64,000 bases of DNA. Source: Tubulanus polymorphus (lineage: Eukaryota; Animalia; Nemertea). Under the pieces are notes generated by a model. It had not been told where the DNA came from. It saw only the letters and a list, made by a program, of their open reading frames with translations, and made no database searches. Location of the stretch: positions 12,860,850 through 12,924,849 of the forward strand of contig NC_134029.1 in the NCBI RefSeq assembly GCF_964204645.1, given 5' to 3'. The number at the start of each line of letters is the position of its first letter. The stretch's first letter is position 1. This document shows, one piece after another, positions 37,901 to 51,089 of the stretch. Both the position numbers and the translations under genes were made by a program.

Positions 37901-40900
37901 CGTTTGATAACGGGCGGAGTTATTAGCGATATATCGTAGCACGCTCATGCTGTCGGTCCAGAATACGATCTGATTTATCGTAATTTCAAGCTCGTTTAAT
38001 ATCGACTTGTTCATGCGGACGGCTAGTGACGCGGCTGTGAGCTCCAATCTAGGAATAGATATCTTTTTTAGTGGAGCAACTTTCGATTTTGACGTGATGA
38101 TACGACATGTGGCGTTTTTATTCTTATCTAAGCACCTCAGATAGCATACTACTCCGCAACCAATCTCCCTAGCATCTGTGAAGTAGTGGAGCTCGTACTT
38201 AACTACCTCGACGTCTACTGGTTTTATGCAACGAGGAATACGTATACGTTCCAAACTAATTATTCCAGCCTTCCATGTTTCAAAGCTTTTTTGACTAACT
38301 TTTCCAATGTCCTCGTCCCATCCTAACTTTGCTTTACAGAGGACTTGTAACAGTATTTTGGCTGGTAAGACGAAGGGCGCTGCCAGCCCTAGAGGGTCGA
38401 ATACACCGCTGACGACTGACAGGATTCCTCTCCGCGTTATAGGTTTATCTCTGTCCATACGGATGTTGAAGGTTAACTCGTCTGTCTCGGCATCCCAAAC
38501 AACCCCCAATGCTCTTTCTGTGGGCAGATTCTCCATATCTAGACTGACGACACTAGATGCCCACTCTCTGCTATCGAAAGCTTTAATCACCTGACGACTA
38601 TTACTAACTATCTTATGCAAGCGAAAGCCTCCTTCGTCGCAGGCTTCGACTGTTCCGCTAAATATAGATATTGCTTCATCGTCAGTATTATATGACCTCA
38701 AGTAGTCATCAACGTAAAACGATCGCATCACGGAGTCCTTTACAATTGTACCTGCAGATTCACGAGCCTGTTCGGCTGCCGTACGTAAGGGGAGGTTAGC
38801 GCAGCTAGGTGACGAGGTCGCACCAAACAAATGAACTACCATTCGGTAACAGACTGGTTCACTGTCAAGGTCGCCATTTTTCCACCAGAGAAAACGTAAG
38901 TAATCGCAATGCTCTTTTGGTACCCGCACCTGATGGAACATGGCTTCGATGTCGGCAGATACGGCCACTGGCTTCTCACGGAAACGTAACAGCACCCCGA
39001 AAAGGCTGTTCGTTAAATCTGGGCCCTGAAGTAAGGCGTCGTTTAGCGAAACCCCTAAATATGTTGCAGCGGCATCAAACACTGTTCTTAACTTATGTTT
39101 GGTGGGGTGATAAACGCCATGGTGTAACAAGTACCACTTTAACTGTTTATCTGTTTTTTCCACTTCATCGCTGGGAAAAATCTCTGCAAACCCACTTTCT
39201 ATAACACCGTTCATGAACGTGACGTAATCTTTACGTAGTTTATCGTCATTAACTAATTTCTTCTTCAAGGATTTCAAACGTGATTCCGCTACGGACTTGT
39301 TGTTTGGGAGTTTGACGTCGCTCCGTAAAGGTAACGGGATCTCATAGTGACCATCGACTTTTCTTAAATTACTTTTACGATCGATGAACATTTTATCTTC
39401 TACAGACCACTGTTTTTCGTCATCGATTACACGTTCAGGAAAGTCTTGATTATATGTTTCTTTAATCTGACGTTCGAGTGTTTCCAGCTTCTGATCTTCT
39501 GACAACACGGTAGTACGAGACACCAACGTTGTTGAATTTACGATCATATGATTCTGTAAGACGTTTCATACTAGCCAACCTAGTCTGGTTTTGGTGGCGT
39601 GAGGACTGCCACTAGGTCCGGAGACAAAGTCTCGTGGACTGTACGCGTCTGGCACGTTACCCCCTAGGAGTAAACCTAAGGTGATGCCACTATGATCAGG
39701 CATATAAATTTCACTTAGGTGGGGCCATTGTCCAATGTCATCTTGATTGACGATATGACCAGCGGTAACCGGTATCTCCTCTATGGCGTACAAGGGCGGT
39801 AGTTGTACAACTTCAAAGTTTTCCTCATCTGACGCTCTGATTTCAAGGCCGAAAGCCTTTTCTGTTTTTAGGTCGCTACCCTGGGGCTGGCTCACGGTCC
39901 CTAGCTTTAATGTAACTGGCTTAGTACGGTTACAGATTTCATCTACTAAACTTTTACGGATAAAAGAGACTTCGCTTCCATTGTCCATAAAGGCATATGT
40001 GACGATTTCTTTTAAACCATTCTGAGCTCGTAGGCGTACTGGAACTACGGTCATCTTCGCCTTTGCGTCTAACGATTGCCGAAGTTGGTTCACTAGCGTG
40101 GCGCCTGTGACTGCTTTTTCAGTTTTTGTTGTCACAGTTTCAGTTTCTGTGGTCACGCCAGACTTCGAATTGGGTGATCGATGAATGACAGTTGGATGTC
40201 GTTTACCGCAGTCTTTTTCTTTACAAGTAGACCTTGCTTTGCATTCATTGGCCCGGTGGCCGCTTTTTGCGCAACCGAAGCACAACCAGTTTTTACGGAA
40301 ATAATCTATTCTATCATCTAAGGGTTTGCGTTTCAGTTCAAAACAATTATCGAGAAAATGCCCTTCCTTGTTACAGAATACACAACGCGAGGTCGAATAT
40401 TGATTTGATGTACTAGTAATGGTGGTGGCTGCTGCCACAAAAGTCTGTTTACTCTTATTAGATTTACTTGCTTTAGGATCTACAGAAGATAATGCAGTGC
40501 GTCCATAAATTGGGTCACAAGCTTTACGACTTTCTTTTCTAATAAAAGTAACGAGGTCGTCAAAGGCAACGCTTCGCCCTTTCTCTTTCAGGTTACAAAC
40601 AACGTTACGCCATCTCTCTTGTAGACCATACGATAATTTATTTACTATTCGTTTAATATTGTCGGGATACTCTAACAGTTTTACACCTTTTAAATCGATA
40701 ATTGCGTTTTGGCATTCCATAAGGAACATTCCGAGCTCGTCCAGCAATTTCGGATTGTCCTGCTTTACTATAGGCCATTCCAATGCCTTTTTAACGTAAG
40801 CGCTAGCTATTATCTCCTTGTCGCCATATCTTATTTCTAGTTCTTTCATGGCACTAGGAAAACCAACTGACGAGTCCAGCTGGCCGTAGCCAACTATGGC

Positions 40901-42262
40901 CTTATGAGCTTCACCGCCGGTATATTGCTCGAGATAGTTCATACATTCATCCTTGTCATCAGAGTTGGCGATTATTTTATGTTTAAACTGCCTAACGAAC
41001 CGGTTATATTCTAAAGGATCACCGTCGAACCTTTTTAATTGCGATGTTGGCTTATTCAAATGTCTAACTATTGCCTGTGTATCCGTTAATTCAGGTGGGT
41101 CCTTTATGTGCACGTCGTTTTCTAACGGTAGAACGGGTACGAACGGCTGTGCACCGGGACTTAGATCAGAATCGATCCCTTTGTTAGATTTTAGCCAGTC
41201 TTCGACCTTGACCTCTGATAATAACTCGTTGTTGTTGTCGAGGACTACGCTTCCTGCTTCTGATTCCCGTTCTATATTTTCTATGGCGCTTAACTCAGCC
41301 TGACAACAAGCAAGTTCCTTTCTTTTTCCAGTTCTCTCATCTCTTCTTCAGTCTTAAGCTGCTGTAATTTCTTTTCGGACTCTAATTTCAAGAAACTTAG
41401 CTGTGCTGTGGCTCTAGCGGCTTTGGCGGCTGTTTCCAATCTTAGCAATTGACTCGATGCAGTTTTCTTTGACTGGGACGATGATCTGCTTGACGCTTTA
41501 CTAGTATTAGCGACCGTGCGACGTTTCTCCATCATTTCGGCTGCCCGTAGGAAGGTGTTTACTGTGTCTTCCATCTTTATTCTTTCTGTTCTGGTACTGT
41601 TTCGTAATTATGTAGATTGAGAGTCATCAATAAATCTAATAACCATAAGTCAGATATTCATAATGCGTTGTCTTTTCTTTATTCCGTTTTCAACGATTAC
41701 TGTAAGATACAAAATAAGGAATACTAAATTTCAGGCATTTAAACCAGCAGGAGCTGCCACCTTTACTCACATGCCAGATTAAGCTCTCACAGAAAATCAT
41801 GATTTATGCCAATTTATAAGGCATAATAATAGAATTACAAATTTGCACATTAATAATACATCTCTAAGGCAATTGATAAGTCGAATGACAAAATGTAATA
41901 TGCTTAATTCTCTCTAGAAATAATGCACCGAAACTTCACAACAATCCAAAATTGAACATGGCGCCGGGCGGAAGTTAAATCGCGTCCACGAGGAAACAAT
42001 TAAAACCATTATTATGCACTTTATAGAGTAAATAGCACTTACACAAATAACTAAAACTATGCATTGACAATTAAACTAAAATAATAAAAAGCTTACCGAA
42101 ACATTTTACCTTCTTAAGGAACTAAAATTGACTTCAACTACAGAACTGTTTCAGACTTGTTACATCATTGCGCATGCGCAAGTATCTCTCGGTCATGCTA
42201 ATAAAGCGACAAAAAACGTCTAAACTCCAGAACAACAGAGCGGGCGGGATTTGACCGTAACA
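34998..42262 (-). mobile_element. BEL/Pao LTR retrotransposon 2
   Basis: LTRs 34998-35648 and 41611-42262; TSD CATGA at 34993-34997 and 42263-42267; PPT gaggggctgg. Confidence 0.96.
36125..41574 (-). pseudogene. BEL/Pao 2 gag-pol (frameshift at about 41300, in-frame stop at 39566)
   Basis: Triple Cys/His knuckles, MDNGS protease, FYVDD, IPRLEL, SDNGSN, GGIWERMI. Confidence 0.92.
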
Positions 42263-43760
42263 CATGATACAACAACAATTCATTCTGTGCATGTTGAGCC
42301 CATTCAATTTAATACGTATAACTTCTCATTCTTGAGAAAACCTCAGTTGTATCTCAGAAAATCAACATCCGAACACACACAGTGACCTACGATAGACAAT
42401 CAACAGAATATTTGTAAATAAGTATTCATTTACTGTTCACAAGTTTTAATAAAAGACATTGAAGTGAAGTAAGTGAAGTTACCTGTCGTAGGCTAATATT
42501 TTCACCATACTGATAGACTCCTAATATCTAGTGTCACATTCAGCATAACCAATCAATCATCTTAAGTGAACAAACAAATTGCCGGTGTCGTGGCCTCTGC
42601 TGCATGGCTAGGTTCAGTTCAGTAAGTCAGTCAGTAGAAATTGGTTATTCCATCTCAAGTTCGTCGGTGGTTGTCGATTGACGACCGTTCCTTTGAGCAG
42701 GGTAGATTTTGATGGTGCTCTAACGGAGACATACTGCCTTGTATGTCGATATCTTCGAGGCCACACGCAGTACAGGTTCTCGCAGAAGCGTTACCTGATA
42801 GTTTTGGTCGAGATTCTTTCTTCCATTGATGTAAAAACCGACTTTTAAGAGGTCCATGGAACGTAAATCGAGACACTATGGAGGCGGCCATGTTACATTG
42901 TTCACGTGATGAAATACTGAAATCTGATTGGATCCGTATATTCCGCGGAAGATGGCGGACGGGTTAAACCTGTCCTATTCTGACTGCGAATGCAGGTGGC
43001 GCTGAATTGGACAGGCGACCAGTCTAGGCAAAACCTGTCCCATATTGAATGGGACAGGTAACCAGTCTAACGCTGCAGCGTGTAGCGGAAATTCCCTTGT
43101 GATTGCGCCGAGAGCGCCAAATTCAAAATCAATTTCCTTTAATCGCCATAGAATAGAGATAGCGTCACGAAATAATCGCCACAGATAGCGTCATAATGTC
43201 ATAATGTTATAACTACTTTATCAAACGTTAATCATCCGTCTTGTTCCTTTATGGCTGTTATATATCCGGGCCAAATTTCCAGTTTATGCTGCAGCACGAA
43301 CTCGCGTCCGGTCGAGTTGTGTTCGGTTAAGGATTTCACCCAGACTATGTTCTTACCGAGTTTTAAACTATCCGGGGAATCACTTTTCCGCAGTTGTTAA
43401 ACCGCGTGAGGAATAGAATCCTTATTTCTTGAATCTTCTTATACTAGACCATTTTAGCCATTTTAATTCCAACCAAGATGAAGAATCCCTGTAGTGGTAG
43501 TTCAAGAGGAGGTGTTATCGAGTCGGCCCTGGGGCCGGGTTCAGATATTGGGATCTGTCTATCGTCACTGACATTTCCGCTTCAGACTCAAGCCTTTTAT
43601 TTATTTAATTTCATAGTTGTACCTCTCACCCTTCTCTCCCCCTAAATGTTCTTTCATAGCGTGAGTTAACCACATTTCGTACGAAATATTAGTTGAACGT
43701 GATTAGGCTGACGAGCCGTCATTTAGTGAGATATTGTGACCTTATCCTAGGGGTCTACTA

Positions 43761-43839
43761 GTATTACGAGTATTAAGAGTATTACGAGTATTAAAGGTAT
43801 TACGAGTATTAAAAGTATTACGAGTATAAAAAGTATTAC
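43761..43839 (+). repeat. 18-bp tandem repeat (gtattacgagtattaaaa), about 4 copies
   Basis: Visible tandem units. Confidence 0.8.
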
Positions 43840-44058
43840 TATGAATGAGCACTACGAGTAGCGAGCAACATTCCATTTATAAATTTTGCGTTGTTGAGGC
43901 AATAAACATGTCTAACGTTACGTTTTACGAATAACGGTCTTATGTCTTTATTGAGTGGATTTCTGAGTCCGAGTCAGTTCAACCAGTTTCGGGAACAACT
44001 CTGGAACCGATAATGACGCGCTACCCAGAACGTGTCACAACCCAAGTGGCAATCACCC

Positions 44059-44385
44059 CATCCTCGCTTGGCGGGGTTCCAGTATCACTCCCGAACGCGC
44101 TTCCACCAGCCCCCTGGCCTCACGAAGCGTGATTTCATTACTGGCGCTGTTGCGCATGACGTCATATATCGATTTGCGAAATACTTCCTTGTTCGGTAAA
44201 ACGTTCGCTGATTGGTCCATTTAACGGGAAAACAAACAGATGTCTACCGTCGGTTTGTTACAAGCGCTGTGATTGGTACGACCGGATTCTGGTCGGCTAG
44301 TAACGACTCCAACGACTCGTGAGGTCAAGGGATTCGGGGAACAGCTTTAGCGTAGTGGGTTCGAATCACTTGACGGGTGAAGATG
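44059..44385 (-). mobile_element. Second, inverted copy of the 328-bp CAT-ended MITE, 9-bp TSD
   Basis: Reverse complement of 7410-7737; TSD CAATCACCC at 44050-44058 and 44386-44394. Confidence 0.9.
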
Positions 44386-45638
44386 CAATCACCCCGATTT
44401 CAAACTATTATAAATTGAAGATTTCAGAGGTGGCACGATGATTTGTTTGCGGGCCGCCTACAAATCACCAGGAAACGAAGAAAAATAGTTCATATGAAGT
44501 AGAAGATTAAGAAATTATATAAACGGAAGCCAAATCATTCATTACGAGCGGGTGGATCCGATTGTTTTTTGAATTTTTGCCACGCTGGGCGGCCCCGCAA
44601 CCGCCAATTCGTTCGTTGGAATTAATACAATTTATATCTCCCAGTTTTGATGTGATTGGGATTTTGAAAAATCAATCTTGTGAGAATAGAATGGTACCGG
44701 TATTAGTAGTACGTATTTATAGTTTAGTATCACGTAGTAATAGACTGCTTAGCGGGTGGATGATATCCTCGTTAGTAAGCCTGTACCATGAAGTTCGTTC
44801 ATTGGGTTATCATAAAGCCGTTCGTCTAAAATAATCCAGACGGAAAATACGGACCGAACCTCAACTGCATATTAAAACACAACAAGGTGACAACTGCAGT
44901 CCTTGGTATGCCGATGTGATGAATAAATTCGACGATCATACAAACATTTCGGGGACAAAAATCAGCCGTCAGATAATTTCCTAGTATTGGCAGTTAAGTC
45001 CAACTTTCCCTAGTTGAACAGCTCACAGACTTGGAATCATACCGAAAATAGCAATAGTGGAATTTATTCCTATTTCACTCGGAATAAACCGAGGAAAAAT
45101 TTTGTGCTGTGGCGTACGATGGCGATCAAGATAACTTTTGAAATCTAAGAATAGTTGATTCCTAGCCTTAGTTTCATCAAGCGACTCCCTTTTGTTAAAA
45201 TGTTATCATTCCTAGCTCACAAACAATATAAACCTCGAAAATCACTAACTATAATGATTCTAGATCTCGAGTCGGAAGTTACTAATAATCCCTTAATTTG
45301 AAATTAAACTAGTGATGTCCAGCTCAGAGACTCGAAATTTACACAAACACTCGTGAAAAAAGGGCGATGATTAATTAACTCAGAAACTCAGAATGTACTA
45401 ACAAAATCACTTTTGAAATTAAAAGGGCAATGATTTCAGCTCACAGAAACTCGGAATTTACCTACAAAGTCACTTGCGAAATTTAAAAAAAGATGATTTC
45501 AGCTCAGAAACTCAGAATTTACATAAATCACTTATGAAATGCGATGATTTCACTGCAGAAATGTAGCAGTGTGACATCGCTCTCTTGAAAAGAATCCATT
45601 GTTGTTCTGGTGAGTTGTGTGTGATCCCGGTTGTAACT

Positions 45639-46345
45639 GCGAAATTAAAAGGGCGATGATTTCAGTTCAGAAACTCGGAATTTACCTAAAAGTCACTTGC
45701 GAAATTAAAAGGGCGATGATTTCGGCTAAGAAACTCGGAATTTACCTAAAAGTCGCTTGCGAAATTAAAAGGGCGATGATTTCGGCTCAGAAACTCGGAA
45801 TTTACCTAAAAGTCGCTTTCGAAATTAAAAGGGCGAACATTTCGGCTCAGAAACTAGGAATTTGCCTAAAAAGTCGCTGGTGAAATTAAAAGGGCGATGA
45901 TTTCGGCTCAGAAACTCGAAATTTACCTAAAAAGTCGCTTGTGAAATTAAAAGGGCGATCATTTCGGCTCAGAAACTCGAAATTTACCAAAAAAGTCGCT
46001 TGCGAAATTACAAGGGCGATGATTTGATCTCAAAAACTCGGAAAATACCTAAAAAGTCACTTGCGAAATTAAAAGAGCTCATTTCAGCTCAGAAACTCGG
46101 AATTTAGCTGTAAAGTGAATTGCGAAATTAACAAAAAGGGCGATGATTTCAGGTCAGAAACTCGGAATTTAGCTACAAAGTCACTTCCGAAATTAAAAGA
46201 GCGATCATTTCAGCTCAGAAACTCAGAATTTACCTACAGAATCTCTTGCGAAATTAAAAGGGCGATGATTTCAGGTCAGAAACTCGGAAAATACCTCAAA
46301 AGTCACTTGTGGAAATAAAAGGGCGATGATTTCAACTCAGAAACA
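45639..46345 (+). repeat. About 60-62-bp minisatellite, roughly 11-12 copies, with degenerate copies back to about 45290
   Basis: Unit gcgaaattaaaagggcgatgatttcggctcagaaactcggaatttacctaaaagtcgctt. Confidence 0.93.
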
Positions 46346-49300
46346 ATGAATTTACGTAGTCGGATACTCGCTTATATCACGATCACATTTATATCACGTG
46401 AATACTGATGGTCCAGAATTTTCTCCTCTTTTCTCTTTTCTGTTCCGACCCTTTTTTCTCGCTGTAAATCGATGATACATGTCAACAGTCGTTATTCTAG
46501 TTGTGAGAGTATATTGGAAAAAATAAACCCGAAATATTTCAGTGTTTTTAATCATTTCTTGTAGATATGGATTAAATTTTTCCCTTTACAAAAATTGATT
46601 GGAAGTCGTATAGTTTTTGGAAACGGCTGGAAATCGGAATTTTTCGAAGTCGAAGGATTTGTCTGGTCCCAAAAGATCCAACTTACGCAAGGCTTTTAGA
46701 CTTCGGATAAACCGTCGAAATCACTTTGCAATTTTAAAACTAGTTATTCATAGCTCAGGAAGTCGGAAGAAACCCCACTTCATCTCTCCTTACAGATTCG
46801 GATTTGGCACTGGAAATTATTTTTTTAAATGTGTTTTAGCTACCCCACTAAACAACAAGTCAACATGTTTAATGGATGGCTGAATTTTTAAATTTTGATG
46901 CTATGTATGTTGCGCTCATCTTAATCACTATTCTAAACATTTAGGCTAAGTAACATCACGATGTGAATGCATTACATGTAATATTATGATTGAAACAATA
47001 AAAATAAATCCATGCTTCAAAATATTTCGTATTGGGGTTTACGTCGAGTACTTCAGTAATTATCATTAAAATATATGATAGATTGCCAGAAAAATGTATG
47101 TGTAGGGCTGAACAGGTCATTCGTTGGGCTCTGCATCAAAGATCTGGTCTGCAGCAGCGATGTGGGGGCCTCGAGATATTGCATTAGAAGCCTTGGCAGT
47201 ACATAGGAATCGATCTGCATTCTGGGCCGACCACAATTCGATATTTTTCCTTCTATATATTTGAGATATTCGCCCAACGGTGTTGTCTTCCAGTCAAAAC
47301 TATACATGCATAAACTACTCAACTAAAACCCAATACGATAACGTGAACGTCGGAAATTGATGTCGGGGAATTGAACATATGTAGGCCCTAGTTGTATAAG
47401 GAATCAAGTATGCTGCATCGAATCGATCCTATTCCTTTTCAGCAATGGAAACACAACGCTATGGTCTTATTTGAAAATATCTTTATTAACATGTAAATAT
47501 GCACAAAATCTGTAGAGATATGATTAATTCTCGATGACTACAGCATTAATACATATGTGTCAAACCTACGATGGAGAACCGAAACATTTTTTTCTCAACT
47601 ATTTTTTCATTTTTTGACTGGTCCCCTGTTGTACAACCATGGACTCTTAGAAACAACATGCCATGCAACAGAAATAATCTATACTCACAATGGTTGTTAC
47701 GTGGTATGGCAATAATGAATATTCCGACACTTTTGATAATTACAGCACAAAATCAATCTTTTACACAGGGGTCATTTTAAACTATGTACGATATACATGT
47801 ACCTGAGGTTGATAGAAATTCCTCAAATCGAAAATAACTGAATCTAAATAGGGGAATCAATATTATACCTTGTAGACAAATGGCCATTTAACATCATTAT
47901 CAATACATAACATGGTTTTCATAAAAATTGACTAATACGTAGTAATGTATTCAAATTTTCAACTCCCGGTGTAGAGTATACTCATTAGTCACAGATTTCT
48001 ACAGGTATATAACATGTGACAGTGCTAATGATTATTGAATATGAAGAAAATCATACATTGGATAATATAGCAGCAATATTAGACAATTGGTGGTCACCAA
48101 TTTTAATAGGGGTAGACCTCTTACCTGCTTATACACCAGGGTCAAGGCAATCAATATAGGTTGGCAGGCTGTATGGTGCCAATGAAAAATTCAAGATGGC
48201 AGACATGGCTGTCATGTTGGACATATCATCTAGCTGATAGATCACCATTTTCAATATCACCTCTTACCTGTTCCAACTCATACACAAACTTTCAAGAAGA
48301 TTTATTAAGACTTACCGGCTGTAGAGTGCTAACAAACCTTACAGGAGGGTGGTGCAGGAGGGTTAGAGATTATTACAACATTGAACATTTGAAAGTTCAG
48401 ATGAGAAACTAAGCTTCTTTCGCAAGTTATTTTGTACCAATGGAGGCACGTGTCATACATGAGCAAAAATGGACTTCAGTAAAGCAAATGTCCATAAAAT
48501 TATACGATGCCCCTAGGAAAGGCATCAAGACAACACATCAAAGTGTAATGAAAACGTTAGAAAGAAACCTGATTCCATCTATGGACACTCATAATCCTCA
48601 AATGGACATAAATGTTTGAATATTCAATACAAGTTCATACCTGCAAATGGAAATCAATTATACACATTCACACATGGAATCAAAATTAGAAGTTGCGTTG
48701 GCAGAACCATAGAAGAGAATCTTCAATGACATAACAAAATAGAGAATATTCTATTTTCAGAGTACATTTTTAAACGAGGGGTCCAGGAACACTATGCCTA
48801 CTAGGAAAGTGGTATGAAATGCCCAAAAATCAGAAATTTCTATATTCTATGCCTCTTATACAGAAACCTTTGGAATTTACCACTAGAACTTGTCATGAGC
48901 TACAATTTTGCAATTATTGTAACAAAATAAGCCCAGATATCAATGTAATATGAAAATACTACGTTAATTGGCTATTCAGCGCTCACTGGTGACAATATAC
49001 AAAATCCAATGACCTTGAACCCCACCCAAATTATAGAACAAGTCATGAGCTACAATTGATTGCGGTTACTAAATATTAAACGGATAGGTACCAATATAAA
49101 TGGACGAATTGAAAATATTCAACAACTGCCCCTGATGGTGAGAAAAAAAACTGGGTGATCCCAATTTCACGTGAGGAGATGAAAACTATGACGGTGCTAA
49201 TAATTATCGATTATCAAGACTCAAATTTAACACCCGTTGAAATTTTTCCACTTACGAATGAGTATTCATCACACTAAGATGGCCACCAGCTGCAAAATAT

Positions 49301-51089
49301 TTGACTGATCAAAATATGTGTCTGATATGTTAAAGATCCCTTTCCTTATAATACCAATCACAAATTTCAACGAAAGATGGCAAACCATTAGGAAGCTACA
49401 GGTCTTGCACATTCAAGCCAAAAATAACCTTTTAGCATATAGAAAGGTTACAGGATGGCCATCTTGTAACCAATTGACCCAATTCTTCTAATGCTGATGG
49501 GTACAGGGGGACACATATAGTTCAAGATAATTGATCGATTTGCTTCAATTTTCATTGATAAAATGTGTAAAAAGCGTTGATTCTGGCGACGGTCATCTTG
49601 ATTCCAACAGGCTCAGTTTTAGGGCAGTCAAGCGGATGATAAGTGAATGCAATAGCCCACGGGGACTTAAGTCCCAGTTTAGCTAAAAATGAGAAACCTT
49701 TTAACACTTACCATTTATCATTTTTCAACATAACACTTACGGTACCAATTAACAGTTACCATATAACAAAGGGTTTATTATCAGGTCTTATCTAAATATC
49801 CGAAACCGCATAAAATCTAATTCTATTTTGTAAAAACAATCTAATTTCAATTTTAGTAAGCGTTCTTTCAATACCTAAAAATATTCCCATGATTGAAGTA
49901 AATGACTGATTTTGAATACACTCTACAGAAAACATTAAACATCACATAATGATTTCCACTTGCAGCCACCTTAACCAATCATCTCCATTGCTATGAAGTT
50001 CAACAATTTGCTCCTCGGCTTTATCATGAGTGATTCCATGAACCTCCATATATTATTATGAGTGTCTCCGGAAGAAGCACACGAAAAACATAATCCATAT
50101 TGGCCTACTGGAAGACACAAATATACTGATTGTTGCTGTACAGTTGCGATGGTACCTGGTACGTCAAGTTCACTGTAAGAGATCCATTTAAACATGAACA
50201 TATTAGATCAAAATCTACATGTAGTTACAGTGGAACCTGGCTATAACAAACTTAGACACAACAATTCATCACATATAAAGAACTAGCAAATGATCCTTCC
50301 AAAAATGGGCTTTATCATGATTGAATTGAAAATTCTGCTTCTTGTGGGTATTTTTTTCATCTTAACATTGGCCCCTTTTATTCATTTGATTGGTAGATAC
50401 AACATGTTTTATTTGGAAGGTGAATTGAGAAAGATATCCCTAAACTATTGTGACTTATGCTGTAAGTGCGGCAGAAGTGCTATTTTCGGGGGTTATCATG
50501 CGTGAGCAACGTAATTGTTTCATTTACCAAGATAACCTTTAGACCATTCAAACAGAAAGTTATCAGCGCGTGAAGATACAAACATCAATAAAACCTCGAC
50601 TACTGACTGGAACTGTAGTTTGGTCAATTGATACATTCAGCAAATATGGCCCATTATTCATACTTACACATTTTCTTTCCTCCTGCTTTATGATCATCAA
50701 GATATCGACATAAAATCTGAAATCATATCAAGTTTAATATAATTGCTATCGGCAATGTATACTTATAACATGCTAAGGTGATCTCTACTAATGTGATGTA
50801 CATGTATTATTCAAAGAAATCAACAATTTTCTAAATTTTTGAGATCACAATGGATCAAATCAATCAAATCAATCAAACACCAGTCTTTATTCAAAAGGTC
50901 CAAACCTGTCAAAATATGGAGGAACAGAAGAAAAAGGTTGAGAAAAAAAAGTAATACTTAGCTTTGGAAAATGCTGCCTAGATATCCACGATTTTTATTT
51001 AGCAAATTAACCAAATCATCATAACTGCGAAACCTCTCTGTAAGAAAACAGAAGAAAATCAAATATATTTTTTGACTAGGAAGATGTAC

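Larger units (their letters stand above)
26873..43026. mobile_element. Non-autonomous DNA transposon unit B, a diverged relative of unit A, nested at unit A's right hairpin; 9-bp TSD
   Basis: TIR TAGACTGGTTGCC / GGCGACCAGTCTA; TSD GGCAAAACC at 26864-26872 and 43027-43035; body (26873-27193, 34298-34997, 42268-43026) is colinear with unit A body. Confidence 0.88.
7356..43069. mobile_element. Non-autonomous DNA transposon unit A (about 2 kb once nested insertions are removed), 13-bp TIR, subterminal hairpins, 10-bp TSD
   Basis: TIR TAGACTGGTTACC / GGTAACCAGTCTA; TSD ACGCTGCAGC at 7346-7355 and 43070-43079; hairpins 7374-7403 and 43033-43059. Confidence 0.88.

Noticed and set aside
28367-40416. 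Many short antisense or overlapping ORFs within the BEL elements
   Set aside because: Shadow ORFs of gag-pol with no recognisable motifs.
7410-44385. One 37-kb composite transposon bounded by the inverted 328-bp repeats
   Set aside because: Each copy has its own distinct 9-bp TSD, so they are independent insertions.
46350-51000. Host exons or complete elements
   Set aside because: Only short ORFs without motifs and fragments resembling common dispersed repeats; no boundaries could be supported.
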